A DNA stretch of 33,079 nucleotides from Thermodesulfobacteriota bacterium (GCA_036482575.1 JAZGJJ010000114.1:1-33079), one strand, 5' to 3'; counted from the stretch's first letter, positions 1-7,421 are shown. Translations and numbers: made by a program. The notes: generated by a model from the sequence alone, not told the origin.

Positions 1-554
1 GGGGGCGTGGGGGCCGTGGGGGCCGTGGGGAGGGGGGAGGGGGCAACCGGCCCGTCCTCCCGCTTGTACACCCCCGGCGCGGTCTTCTCCGAGAGCCGCG
101 TCTCTATACTCCTCTCACTTATGGGCACGTCCGCGAGATCTATGAGCGCCTGGTCGCCATCGAGGAGCTTTACTATGTCCTGCTTCCTCCAGGTGTCCTC
201 CCAGTTGCCCACGAGCGCGTTCCAGACCTGCGCTATGGTGACGGCCTGGGCGTCGGTCAGCCCCTCCAGGGCCTTCTTGCCCCCGGCCTTCTCCACGGCT
301 ATGAGCCTCTTCATGTTGTGGACGACCACTATGAAGGGGGGGCCGCATCTGAAACAGTATTTGGTGATATTCTCGGCGCTGTGGCACTGGGTACACTTGG
401 TGTAGGCGAGTTCCTGAGCCTCCTCCAGCGTATACTCCATATGGCCCGCGGCCTTGAGCCAGCCAAGGGCATAGTCCCGGCCGAGGTATGACGACACGGC
501 AAGTACGGCTACAAAAGCAAGCGCTATATACGGTATTGCCCTTTTCACTTTCAT
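1..554 (-). CDS. Partial (3' end cut by window edge) membrane-anchored protein with one CxxCH motif, a second CxxC pair and a Pro/Thr-rich tail
   Basis: Absent from the supplied ORF track because there is no stop inside the window. Hand translation from ATG 554-552 gives MKVKRAIPYIALAFVAVLAVSSYLG...YTKCTQCHSAENITKYCFRCGPP...PVAPSPLPTAPTAPTP, open to nt 1. It has an N-terminal hydrophobic helix. CTQCH fits the haem-c attachment motif, but CxxC-x11-CxxC could also be a Zn ribbon. No clear SD. Confidence 0.5.
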   Translation of the reverse strand, partial: MKVKRAIPYIALAFVAVLAVSSYLGRDYALGWLKAAGHMEYTLEEAQELAYTKCTQCHSAENITKYCFRCGPPFIVVVHNMKRLIAVEKAGGKKALEGLTDAQAVTIAQVWNALVGNWEDTWRKQDIVKLLDGDQALIDLADVPISERSIETRLSEKTAPGVYKREDGPVAPSPLPTAPTAPTP

Positions 555-596
555 ATAAAAATAGGGCACGGCCCTGGTTCCGCCAAGGCCGTGCCC
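555..596 (-). terminator. Rho-independent terminator after the 313-aa cytochrome c gene
   Basis: Perfect 10-bp stem GGGCACGGCC (564-573) / GGCCGTGCCC (587-596) with a 13-nt loop. On the minus strand it is followed by TATTTTTAT. Confidence 0.7.
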
Positions 597-624
597 CGAG
601 AAGAAACTACCGCGTCAAGACCTA

Positions 625-1566
625 TTAGTAACCCTGTACTTTGGTATCCTCCGGACGCTTGCGGAGTCCACCTTCAACGAAGCCGCCACCCTTAAGACCT
701 CCACCACGGCCCGCTACCATACCGCCTTCCTCTATAAGCTCCTGCGCTTCCATGAACGCCTCGTCCTTGGACGCGTTGAGCGGAGTTACAGCGTTAGCAG
801 CGGGCTTGTAGCTCGACTTCGGGTTAAGGTACTCCTGCAGGGTCTTCGGCGCCTTACGGTCGGCGTTGGCCCTTATCCAGGCTATGACGTTCCATATGTC
901 CTGGTCCTGGAGCAGGTTGCCCCACGCCGGCATGGCCTCCGAGAGGTCGACGGCCGCGCCGCCGCCCTTTATGACCGTAAAGAGATCTACGTTGGTTTTC
1001 TTGTTCATGTACTTCTTGCCGGCGGTCAGGTCCCTCGGGTACGGGTCGAGCATTATCGCGTTAGGCCCGTCTCCCTCAAGCAGCCAGCCGTGGCAAGCTA
1101 TGCAGTACATGTAGTACCACTGTTTGCCCTCGTTGGGGCTTGCGCCCTGCACGAGGGTCTCCTTAAAGGCCGGAGACCAGTTGTTGGTCCACTGGTTGTA
1201 GATGGCCTCGCCCTCAGCAGGCTTCTTTGCCCTGTCCCAGAGCTCGGTCTTACCCGTGGATCTGCCGTAGCCGCTGTCGCCCGACTTAAGCGTGGCCTTG
1301 CCGGCCTTGCCCTTGGACGCCCTCTTGCCGATACCCGTAAGGTAGTCGAAGCCGGTTATGCCGTAAGTGGTGCCGGCAGCGCCGTTCATCATGTCCATGG
1401 CCTCTTTCTCGAACTTTTCCGCGGCCTTTTCCAGCTCCTGCTGCGTACGGGTCGGGCAGACAACCTTCTTTCCGCCCGCCGAACACCTCTTCTCCGCAGC
1501 AAGGACCACGGAAGCCGTGGCAACAAAGCTAAAGGCCATCAGTAACGCCAAAACCTTAGCCCTCAT
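625..1566 (-). CDS. Periplasmic mono-haem c-type cytochrome (class I-like C-terminal domain, about 140-aa N-terminal extension)
   Basis: Signal peptide MRAKVLALLMAFSFVATASVVLA. Contains CIACHG haem motif, GDGPNA...PRDLT, and distal MPAWG. SD GGAGG lies 9 nt before the ATG. Confidence 0.85.
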   Translation of the reverse strand: MRAKVLALLMAFSFVATASVVLAAEKRCSAGGKKVVCPTRTQQELEKAAEKFEKEAMDMMNGAAGTTYGITGFDYLTGIGKRASKGKAGKATLKSGDSGYGRSTGKTELWDRAKKPAEGEAIYNQWTNNWSPAFKETLVQGASPNEGKQWYYMYCIACHGWLLEGDGPNAIMLDPYPRDLTAGKKYMNKKTNVDLFTVIKGGGAAVDLSEAMPAWGNLLQDQDIWNVIAWIRANADRKAPKTLQEYLNPKSSYKPAANAVTPLNASKDEAFMEAQELIEEGGMVAGRGGGLKGGGFVEGGLRKRPEDTKVQGY

Positions 1567-1601
1567 TTCTATGTACCTCCTTAATTTTTTGCTGACAGTT
1601 C

Positions 1602-1622
1602 ATCCGCTATCCGCTATCCGCT
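1602..1622. repeat. Three perfect tandem copies of the heptamer ATCCGCT (AGCGGAT on the transcribed strand)
   Basis: Read directly: catccgctatccgctatccgctac. It lies 36-56 nt upstream of the cytochrome c start codon at 1566. Confidence 0.9.
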
Positions 1623-1650
1623 ACTGTCTTTACCACTACTATGACCGATA

Positions 1651-2022
1651 TTACGGTCCCTTACACTTGCAAAGTCCTCTCAGGTGATCCTTGAGTTCGG
1701 CTATCTCCTTTTCCGTAAGCGTCTTTCCGAAAGGCGGCATCATCGTGGATTTGCTCGTCGCCTTGCCGCCGCCGGTTATGACGTTTATTATGTCCTCGTC
1801 GGTCAGCTTGCCCATCTCTTTCGGGTCGGTGTGGTTCCTGGGGCTTACGGGCTGGCTCTTGGTGGCGTTCGGACCGTCCCCCTTGCCCTCAAGGCCGTGG
1901 CACTGGGAACAGTAGAACCTGTAGTTCTCTTTTACGTCGGCCAGCGCGGCGGAGTAGCCCGAAATGACCACCGTAAAGGAAAAAACCAGCAAGGCTGCCG
2001 CGTATATAAACTTTTTATCCAT
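1651..2022 (-). CDS. Small periplasmic mono-haem cytochrome c (class I) with C-terminal LCKC motif
   Basis: Signal peptide, CSQCHG, GDGPNA, PRNHT, MMPPFG. Paralogue of 6182-6667; both end in ...LCKC... Confidence 0.9.
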   Translation of the reverse strand: MDKKFIYAAALLVFSFTVVISGYSAALADVKENYRFYCSQCHGLEGKGDGPNATKSQPVSPRNHTDPKEMGKLTDEDIINVITGGGKATSKSTMMPPFGKTLTEKEIAELKDHLRGLCKCKGP

Positions 2023-2082
2023 CCTGCGTTATCCGCTCCTTTCGACCGTTATTTTCCTGTTTTCCACTTTCCAACAACGTCC

Positions 2083-2745
2083 CTACGGAAGGTTGCTCAC
2101 GTATTCGGAGACATTCTTCATGTCCGTATCGTTCAGCACCCCTACGTATACGGGCATGTCCTTGACCGGCTTGAAGACCTTGGGGTTCGTCATGTAGGCG
2201 TATATCCAGTCGGGGTTGAGCCTCTTGCTTGCGCCGACAAGGGTCGGGCCGGTCATCCCGCCGGTTATCTTCTTCCCCTTCTTGCTCAGATGGCAGCCGT
2301 AGCACCCCTGCTTCTTCTTGAAGACCAGCTTGCCCTTGATGTTCTTCTTGGGCTTGATGGCCCCGGCCTTGACGTCCTTGGACTTGAGGCTCATGAGGTA
2401 TTCGGTAACCTCGCCGGCGTCCTTGGCCGAAAGCTTGGGGTGGTCTCCGGGGTTCTTCTTGGTGAGCGAGTAGAAGGCCATGGGCCTTATGGGCTTTGGA
2501 TCCTGGAGCCAGCCCTTCAAGAACTCCTCCTGCAACTTGCTGCCCACGTACCAGAGTTCCGGACCCTTCTTCTTCAGCATGTCCTTTATGGTCTTTTCCT
2601 TGGCCGGGCCCTTGGTCTGGTGGCAGCCACCGCACTTCTTCGCGTCGAATATCGCCTTGCCCCCACCCGCGTTAGCCGTGGCGGCAAAGCCTACAAAGAG
2701 CGCCAGTACAGAGAAAGAGAGTAACCGTGAAAGCTTAAAAGTCAT
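2083..2745 (-). CDS. Periplasmic di-haem c-type cytochrome
   Basis: Two CxxCH motifs (CGGCH, CYGCH). Start moved from 2784 to ATG 2745 (MTFKLSRLL...), which has AAGGAGG 6 nt upstream and yields a normal signal peptide ending ATANA. Confidence 0.9.
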   Translation of the reverse strand: MTFKLSRLLSFSVLALFVGFAATANAGGGKAIFDAKKCGGCHQTKGPAKEKTIKDMLKKKGPELWYVGSKLQEEFLKGWLQDPKPIRPMAFYSLTKKNPGDHPKLSAKDAGEVTEYLMSLKSKDVKAGAIKPKKNIKGKLVFKKKQGCYGCHLSKKGKKITGGMTGPTLVGASKRLNPDWIYAYMTNPKVFKPVKDMPVYVGVLNDTDMKNVSEYVSNLP

Positions 2746-2783
2746 CAAATACCTCCTTGCAATATGCTGTGATTTACCCCGCA

Positions 2784-2812
2784 TGTATAACCCAGCGACG
2801 GGGCTTTGTCAA
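2784..2812 (-). promoter_or_regulatory. Sigma70-like promoter for the cytochrome c genes
   Basis: On the minus strand: TTGACA (2812-2807), 17 nt spacer, TATACA (2789-2784), about 40 nt upstream of ATG 2745. Confidence 0.55.
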
Positions 2813-2897
2813 GGACTTTGTTTCCCCCGCCGGAATACTTATCTCCGTCCCCGCCGAGCCCCCGCAAAGCCGCCCCCGCATTGGCCCGGAAGCGGGG

Positions 2898-3959
2898 CTA
2901 CTTCCCGCTCAAAAGCGCCTGTTCCGAAGGGGCCAGCTTGATCGAGAGCCCGGCCTTCCCGCCGCCGCCCGAAATGAGCTTTGCGGTATCGACCATCCCG
3001 AGATTATGCTTGGCGACCTCCGTAAACCAGACGAGCCCCGACCCGCCCGCGGCTATGTCCACGGGCTTTCCCGAGGCCTTGGGAAGGTCTATCTCAAGAA
3101 AGCTCTTGCTCTTCGTGTCGAACCTCCCTATCCTCCCCCCCAGCGAATCACAGTACCAGAGCATTCCCTTCCGGTCGATTGCCAACCCTTCGGGGACCCT
3201 TTTCCCGGGCATATCGAACTCCTTAAAACTCCCCTTCGCCCCCTTAACCCCTTTCTCCAGGTCAAAGCGGACTATCTTATGGCTATTCCTTGCCCCGAAC
3301 CACAGGTAGCCGTCTCCGTCGGCCACGAGCTCCCCTGGTATGGCAAAGGGCGGCGAGATGGTAATCTCGGTTATCTTCCCGGTTTCCGGCTCCAGGCGCG
3401 CAATCTTATTCGCCTGCGACTCCACGAACCAGACCTCCCCCGAGTCCAGGGCCACGATCCCTACGGGCTGGCTCTGCTTGGTGGGGATGGAAAATTCCTT
3501 TATTTTAGAGGTCTTGGGGTCGAGCATGCCTATCTTATTCGCCATGAACTCGGTAAACCAGACCCTGCCATGTCCGTCGATTGCTATCTTATAGGCCTGG
3601 GATTTGGGTGTGGGTATCTCGACCTCCTCGAACTCGCCCGTTTTCGGGTCAAAAGAGCCTATCTGGTTCGCGTCCTGCTCGACGAACCAGATCCTGCCGT
3701 CCGGACCTATGGCCAGGTCTATCGGCACGCTCGAGGATGTGGGAATTTCGAACTCTTTGAAGACCGAAATTGAAGGCTGGAAGCGCACGAGCTTGTTGGC
3801 CCTGGCCTCCAGGAACCAGACGTTGCCCGATGGGTCCTCCGCCACGGCAACCGGGAAGGAGCGGGGGCTTGGGGCCGGATGCAACTCCACGCCGGAGCCC
3901 GCGAAGGAAGGGACCGCGAATGTCAGTATGAATAGCGTAATTAGCGGAAGGTTTCTCAT
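2898..3959 (-). CDS. Secreted seven-bladed beta-propeller, Vgb / streptogramin-lyase-like repeat family (COG4257-like)
   Basis: Signal peptide MRNLPLITLFILTFAVPSFA. Seven repeats of the G.(V/I)WF.E...NKIG..DP type (GNVWFLE, GRIWFVE, GRVWFTE, GEVWFVE, GYLWFGA, GMLWYCD, GLVWFTE). Confidence 0.85.
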   Translation of the reverse strand: MRNLPLITLFILTFAVPSFAGSGVELHPAPSPRSFPVAVAEDPSGNVWFLEARANKLVRFQPSISVFKEFEIPTSSSVPIDLAIGPDGRIWFVEQDANQIGSFDPKTGEFEEVEIPTPKSQAYKIAIDGHGRVWFTEFMANKIGMLDPKTSKIKEFSIPTKQSQPVGIVALDSGEVWFVESQANKIARLEPETGKITEITISPPFAIPGELVADGDGYLWFGARNSHKIVRFDLEKGVKGAKGSFKEFDMPGKRVPEGLAIDRKGMLWYCDSLGGRIGRFDTKSKSFLEIDLPKASGKPVDIAAGGSGLVWFTEVAKHNLGMVDTAKLISGGGGKAGLSIKLAPSEQALLSGK

Positions 3960-3965
3960 ATCAGC

Positions 3966-5207
3966 CTACTTCTGTGTCCTGCGGATAATATACCACAAAG
4001 CCGCCGCGAATAGAACGAAAACCACGATTGCGGCCGCCGCCTTGCCCGAGCCTCCGCCCCCTCCGCCCTCGCCGCCCTTAGCCTCCTCCGCAGGGGGAGG
4101 AGTATCCACCATCGCCGGGCCGGTATCCTCTGCCGGGGGCTCCTCCAGGGTCGTCTCTTCGACTGCCGGGACGAGCATCAAGATACTGTTGGCGTCCCTG
4201 TCGGACTCGGTAAGCCAGACCCTGCCGCGAGGGTCTACGGCTATGCCGCTCGGGAGGCTCCTGGGGGTGGGGATATCGTACTCCCTGAAGGTCGCGCTCC
4301 GGGGGTCGAAGCTGCCCACCTTGTTCCCCCTGTTCTCCACAAACCAGATAAGGCCGTCGGCACCCACGGCAAGGGCCACCGGCACAGAGGACACCTTGGG
4401 GATGGTCGCCTCGTTGAACTCCCCGGTGGCCGGGTCTAACATACCGATCTTATTGCCGTTCATCTCGACGAACCACACGCGGTCGTCGCTGTCGACGATA
4501 AGGTCCGCGGGGTTCACAAAGGGGTGCTGGATGAGGTATTCGGTCATCGAGCCGGCGGCCAGGTCGAGCTTTCCGATCTTATTGCCAACGGATTCGGCGA
4601 ACCAGACGACCCCGTTCGAATCCACGCTTATACCGTTAGGCTGGCTGTCCGGGGTGATGACGGCGTACTCCTCGAACTTCCCCTCCTTGAAGCGCCCGAT
4701 CTTATTGGCGTTCCTCTCGGTAAACCATACCGCGCCGTCCGGGGCCACGGCGATCTTATACGGCTCGGCCGCGGGGGTTGGGACCTTGAAGGTCTCCGTC
4801 TTGCCGGAGGCCGGAGATATGCGCCCTATGGAGTTCACCGCGGAGGAGACGAGCGTGAACCAGATCGTCCCGTCCGGGGCCGCGGTTATGTCCGCCGGGC
4901 TCGCGCCAGCGGGCAGGTCGAACTCCGTAAACTCCTCTTTTTCCGGGTCGAAGAGCCCTATCCTGTGCGTACTCTGCTCGGTGAACCAGATACGTCCCTC
5001 GCCGTCCGAGACTATGCCCAGGGGGTGGCTGAAGGGAGTAGGCAGGGGGTAGCCTTCCATTGTCGCACCGGCCACACCACCGTCGGATGCGGACGCACCG
5101 GGGAGGTGGAGGACCAGCACTATGGCCGCCGATATCAAACACGCCCTCATCACCAGGCGCGCCCTCATCGTGAGGTGGAATATGCCGTAAAACGGGGTTC
5201 TTAACAA
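3966..5207 (-). CDS. Vgb-like seven-bladed beta-propeller with Pro/Glu/Gly-rich linker and C-terminal transmembrane anchor
   Basis: Seven WF(T/V/A)E blades, then ...EEPPAEDTGPAMVDTPPPAEEAKGGEGGGGGGSGK plus the hydrophobic helix AAAAIVVFVLFAAALWYII-RRTQK. The start is ambiguous: TTG 5207, ATG 5168 or ATG 5150 (MRACLISAAIVLVLHLPGASA looks like the signal peptide). Confidence 0.85.
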   Translation of the reverse strand: MLRTPFYGIFHLTMRARLVMRACLISAAIVLVLHLPGASASDGGVAGATMEGYPLPTPFSHPLGIVSDGEGRIWFTEQSTHRIGLFDPEKEEFTEFDLPAGASPADITAAPDGTIWFTLVSSAVNSIGRISPASGKTETFKVPTPAAEPYKIAVAPDGAVWFTERNANKIGRFKEGKFEEYAVITPDSQPNGISVDSNGVVWFAESVGNKIGKLDLAAGSMTEYLIQHPFVNPADLIVDSDDRVWFVEMNGNKIGMLDPATGEFNEATIPKVSSVPVALAVGADGLIWFVENRGNKVGSFDPRSATFREYDIPTPRSLPSGIAVDPRGRVWLTESDRDANSILMLVPAVEETTLEEPPAEDTGPAMVDTPPPAEEAKGGEGGGGGGSGKAAAAIVVFVLFAAALWYIIRRTQK

Positions 5208-5214
5208 GAGAATG

Positions 5215-6180
5215 TCACCATGTAAAGGTAGGTTCGTAGTAGTGGCGCAGCTGCCAGTTGGCGTCCTTGTAGGACTGGGCCGCCCCGCCTATGGCGGCCT
5301 GGCCTTCGGTATCGACCTTGCCCGCCCTGAACTTACCGACATCTATCTGCCTCTGCCTCTCGACCCTGTAGTACTCGCCGACGTCCATGGGCGGCAGGTA
5401 CTGTCTCAGCCCGTAAGCCGGGGTGTGGCAGGCGATGCAGCCGTTGCCCTTGGCCGCGTAGCCGCTCGCGTAAATGCCCTGCAAGAGCAGGCAGAAGATC
5501 CCCACCGGAAGAGAGACGGCGAGAGCCCACTTCAAAACCCCCTTCTTGAGCCTGATCGCCTGCGGGACTACGAACACCGCCGCCAGGAGAATGAGCGCGG
5601 CTACGACGGCGATCGTACCGGACGTCTCGCCATCCTCTCCCAGGGTGGAAAAGTCGGCCCTGTAGAGGCTGTAGACGAATATACCGTAGACCAGGACAGA
5701 AAGGGCTATATTAACGCCCTTCCAGACACCCCCCCTGTCCGCGAGCCGTCCCCCTTTCTTGAATATAAAGGGCACGAGCACAAGGAACGTAAGGACCAGG
5801 GCCGGGATGAAAAAAGTGCCGAGAGAGAGCCACTTGACCGAATCGCCCGTAAGGTACCAGAACGGCTGGAGAAGCAGGAAGAAGTACCACTCCGGGGAGG
5901 GCACGTACATGCCCTCGTCCGGTAAGGCCATGTTGAAGTCCACGGGCACGCGGAAGAAGAAGGCCAGCGTCATCGCGATAAGCACGACCCCGCCCGCCAC
6001 AAGGAGGCCCTTTACGAAGTGGCGCGGCCAGTACTTATGGAACTCCTGGGGATACGGCGGCGCGTACCTGGGGTCGTTCACCTTCTCCTCTTCAGGCACC
6101 CCGGTTACCCCCGTTTCTTCAGCCGCCCCGGTTACCCCCTCTTCTTCAGGCACCCCGGTTGCCCCCTCTTCTTCAGCCAC
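5215..6180 (-). CDS. Cytochrome b C-terminal / b6f subunit-IV-like membrane protein fused to a C-terminal mono-haem c domain
   Basis: PEWY Qo-site motif (VPSPEWYFFLLLQPF), about five hydrophobic helices, then CIACH. The acidic N-terminus is encoded by a 27-nt tandem repeat. GTG start 1 nt after the upstream TGA. Confidence 0.88.
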   Translation of the reverse strand: MAEEEGATGVPEEEGVTGAAEETGVTGVPEEEKVNDPRYAPPYPQEFHKYWPRHFVKGLLVAGGVVLIAMTLAFFFRVPVDFNMALPDEGMYVPSPEWYFFLLLQPFWYLTGDSVKWLSLGTFFIPALVLTFLVLVPFIFKKGGRLADRGGVWKGVNIALSVLVYGIFVYSLYRADFSTLGEDGETSGTIAVVAALILLAAVFVVPQAIRLKKGVLKWALAVSLPVGIFCLLLQGIYASGYAAKGNGCIACHTPAYGLRQYLPPMDVGEYYRVERQRQIDVGKFRAGKVDTEGQAAIGGAAQSYKDANWQLRHYYEPTFTW

Positions 6181-6198
6181 CTCAGTTACCCCCCTTGA
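6091..6198. repeat. 27-nt tandem repeat, about 4 copies (period 27, units beginning at 6091, 6118, 6145, 6172)
   Basis: The 'ttcag' landmarks are exactly 27 nt apart. The repeat encodes E-E-(E/T)-G-(V/A)-T-G-(V/A)-(P/A). The last, degenerate copy spans the stop of 6182-6667 and the GTG start of 5215-6180. Confidence 0.85.
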
Positions 6199-6667
6199 AC
6201 TCGCACTTGCACAGATCTTTCCTTATGTATGTTACGAGATTCTGTATCTCGGTATCGCTGAAAGAGGTGCCCCAGTCCGGCATGTTCTCCGAAAGGCCGG
6301 CGGACTTGCCGCCTTTCTTTATGAGGTTGAAGAGGAACTCGTCGGTGCGTTTCCCGATAATGGACTTGTCCGTAAGGTTGCGGGGTTTTACCTCGAAACT
6401 CTCGGCAAGCGGGCCGTCGCCCTTTCCCTCGAAGCCGTGGCAGGGTACGCAGTTTCCCTGGAAGTTGCCGGCCCCGGACTGCATGTCACCCCCCCAGACA
6501 CCCCGGCTTACGGCCTTGGCGTCCTTCTCACTCATATCCACGGGGTTTTCCTCCGCAAGGACGGGGAGGCCGAAAAAGACGCCTGTAAGGACGGTTACGA
6601 CCGCGCACACATGCAAGAACTTTATTTCCTTTATTTCCATTATTTCCTTTATTCCCATTCTTCCCAT
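6182..6667 (-). CDS. Membrane-anchored or periplasmic mono-haem cytochrome c (class I) with C-terminal LCKC motif
   Basis: CVPCHG, GDGPLA, PRNLT, NMPDWG, ...DLCKCEFKGGN. Start set to ATG 6667 (GGGAGG 7 nt upstream) rather than the track's TTG 6673. Confidence 0.85.
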   Translation of the reverse strand: MGRMGIKEIMEIKEIKFLHVCAVVTVLTGVFFGLPVLAEENPVDMSEKDAKAVSRGVWGGDMQSGAGNFQGNCVPCHGFEGKGDGPLAESFEVKPRNLTDKSIIGKRTDEFLFNLIKKGGKSAGLSENMPDWGTSFSDTEIQNLVTYIRKDLCKCEFKGGN

Positions 6668-6692
6668 TCCCAAACCTCCCGGTATCTGCCCC

Positions 6693-7325
6693 TTAAAGCG
6701 GGCCTGATATGCCGTGGCGCTTCACCATCCTGAAGTGGAAGGCCAGCACTACGATAGTTATAAACGGAAGCAGCCACACGTGTATGGCGTAGCTCCTGCC
6801 TACGGTAAACGCCTCGAGTATGGGGCCCTTCAGGGCCTCCCCGATAATGGGCCAGGTCCCTATGTAGTCGGTCCAGATAACGAGCGTCCAGTAGCCCCTC
6901 CAGTCCCAGGGGAGGATGGTACCGGTGATGAGGAAGAGCGTCACGACGAGGAGCATCATCACCCCGGAGAGCCAGTTGAGCTCCCTGGGCTTTCTGAATG
7001 CCTTGTTGTAGAATACCGAGAAGAGGTGTGTCAGGAGAGTGGCCATGAGCAGCGTGGCCACCCAGCGGTGCAGGCTCCTCGTGAACGAACCGAGCGGCAC
7101 CTCGTTGGTCATATAGATTACGCTCTCGAACGCGTTCTCCGGCCTCGCCACGTAGAAGAACATCATGAAGAAGCCGCTCAGGAGCTGCAGGAGTATCAGC
7201 GTAAGGGAGATGCCTCCGAAGCAGTAAAAGAAGTTAACGTGGTTCGGGATGGGAAGGTCCCTCTTCCTCGCCCTCCAACTCTTAAAGCCGGTTCTTTCCT
7301 CAAGCCAGTCCGTCAGTCCCGCCAT
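6693..7325 (-). CDS. petB: Cytochrome b6-type protein (four-helix N-terminal cytochrome b)
   Basis: NFFYCFGGISL retains the Cys that binds haem ci in b6f. Also SLHRWVATLLMATLLTHLF (helix B His pair), KPRELNW, and IHVWLLPF...AFHFRMVKRHGISGPL (helix D His pair with the b6-type C-terminus). Confidence 0.93.
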   Translation of the reverse strand: MAGLTDWLEERTGFKSWRARKRDLPIPNHVNFFYCFGGISLTLILLQLLSGFFMMFFYVARPENAFESVIYMTNEVPLGSFTRSLHRWVATLLMATLLTHLFSVFYNKAFRKPRELNWLSGVMMLLVVTLFLITGTILPWDWRGYWTLVIWTDYIGTWPIIGEALKGPILEAFTVGRSYAIHVWLLPFITIVVLAFHFRMVKRHGISGPL

Positions 7326-7421
7326 ATCAGCACCTGTCTTCCTTAAAATTTATACAGCGCGTCTATTTATGAGATTGTGTTTAAAAAGCCCACAAAGTCC
7401 GGCCTTTTCCCTCTATATCCC

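Noticed and set aside
1-45. G-rich tract (GGGGGCGTGGGGGCCGTGGGGGCCGTGGGGAGGGGGGAGGGGGC) as a potential G-quadruplex
   Set aside because: It lies antisense to a coding Pro/Thr-rich tail at the window edge. The composition is explained by Pro codons, and I have no way to assess structure formation here.
2027-2040. 11-nt identity (GAGCGGATAAC) to the core of the E. coli lac operator
   Set aside because: It is only a half-site with no matching inverted partner nearby, and no LacI-family gene is present. It is most likely coincidental and is reported only as part of the AGCGGATA word recurrence.
6172-6198. Possibility that the cytochrome c (6182-6667) and subunit-IV genes are one frameshifted gene; deleting one G from the G6 run would fuse them in frame
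   Set aside because: A fusion would place helix E and the PEWY loop on the wrong side of the membrane relative to a periplasmic cytochrome domain. The existing GTG also has a correctly spaced SD. I kept this only as a homopolymer to verify in reads.
7383-7407. AAAAGCCCACAAAGTCCGGCCTTTT as a terminator between the lipoprotein and b6 genes
   Set aside because: Only the A/T ends and two or three G-C pairs can pair, and then only with a bulge. That is too weak to call.
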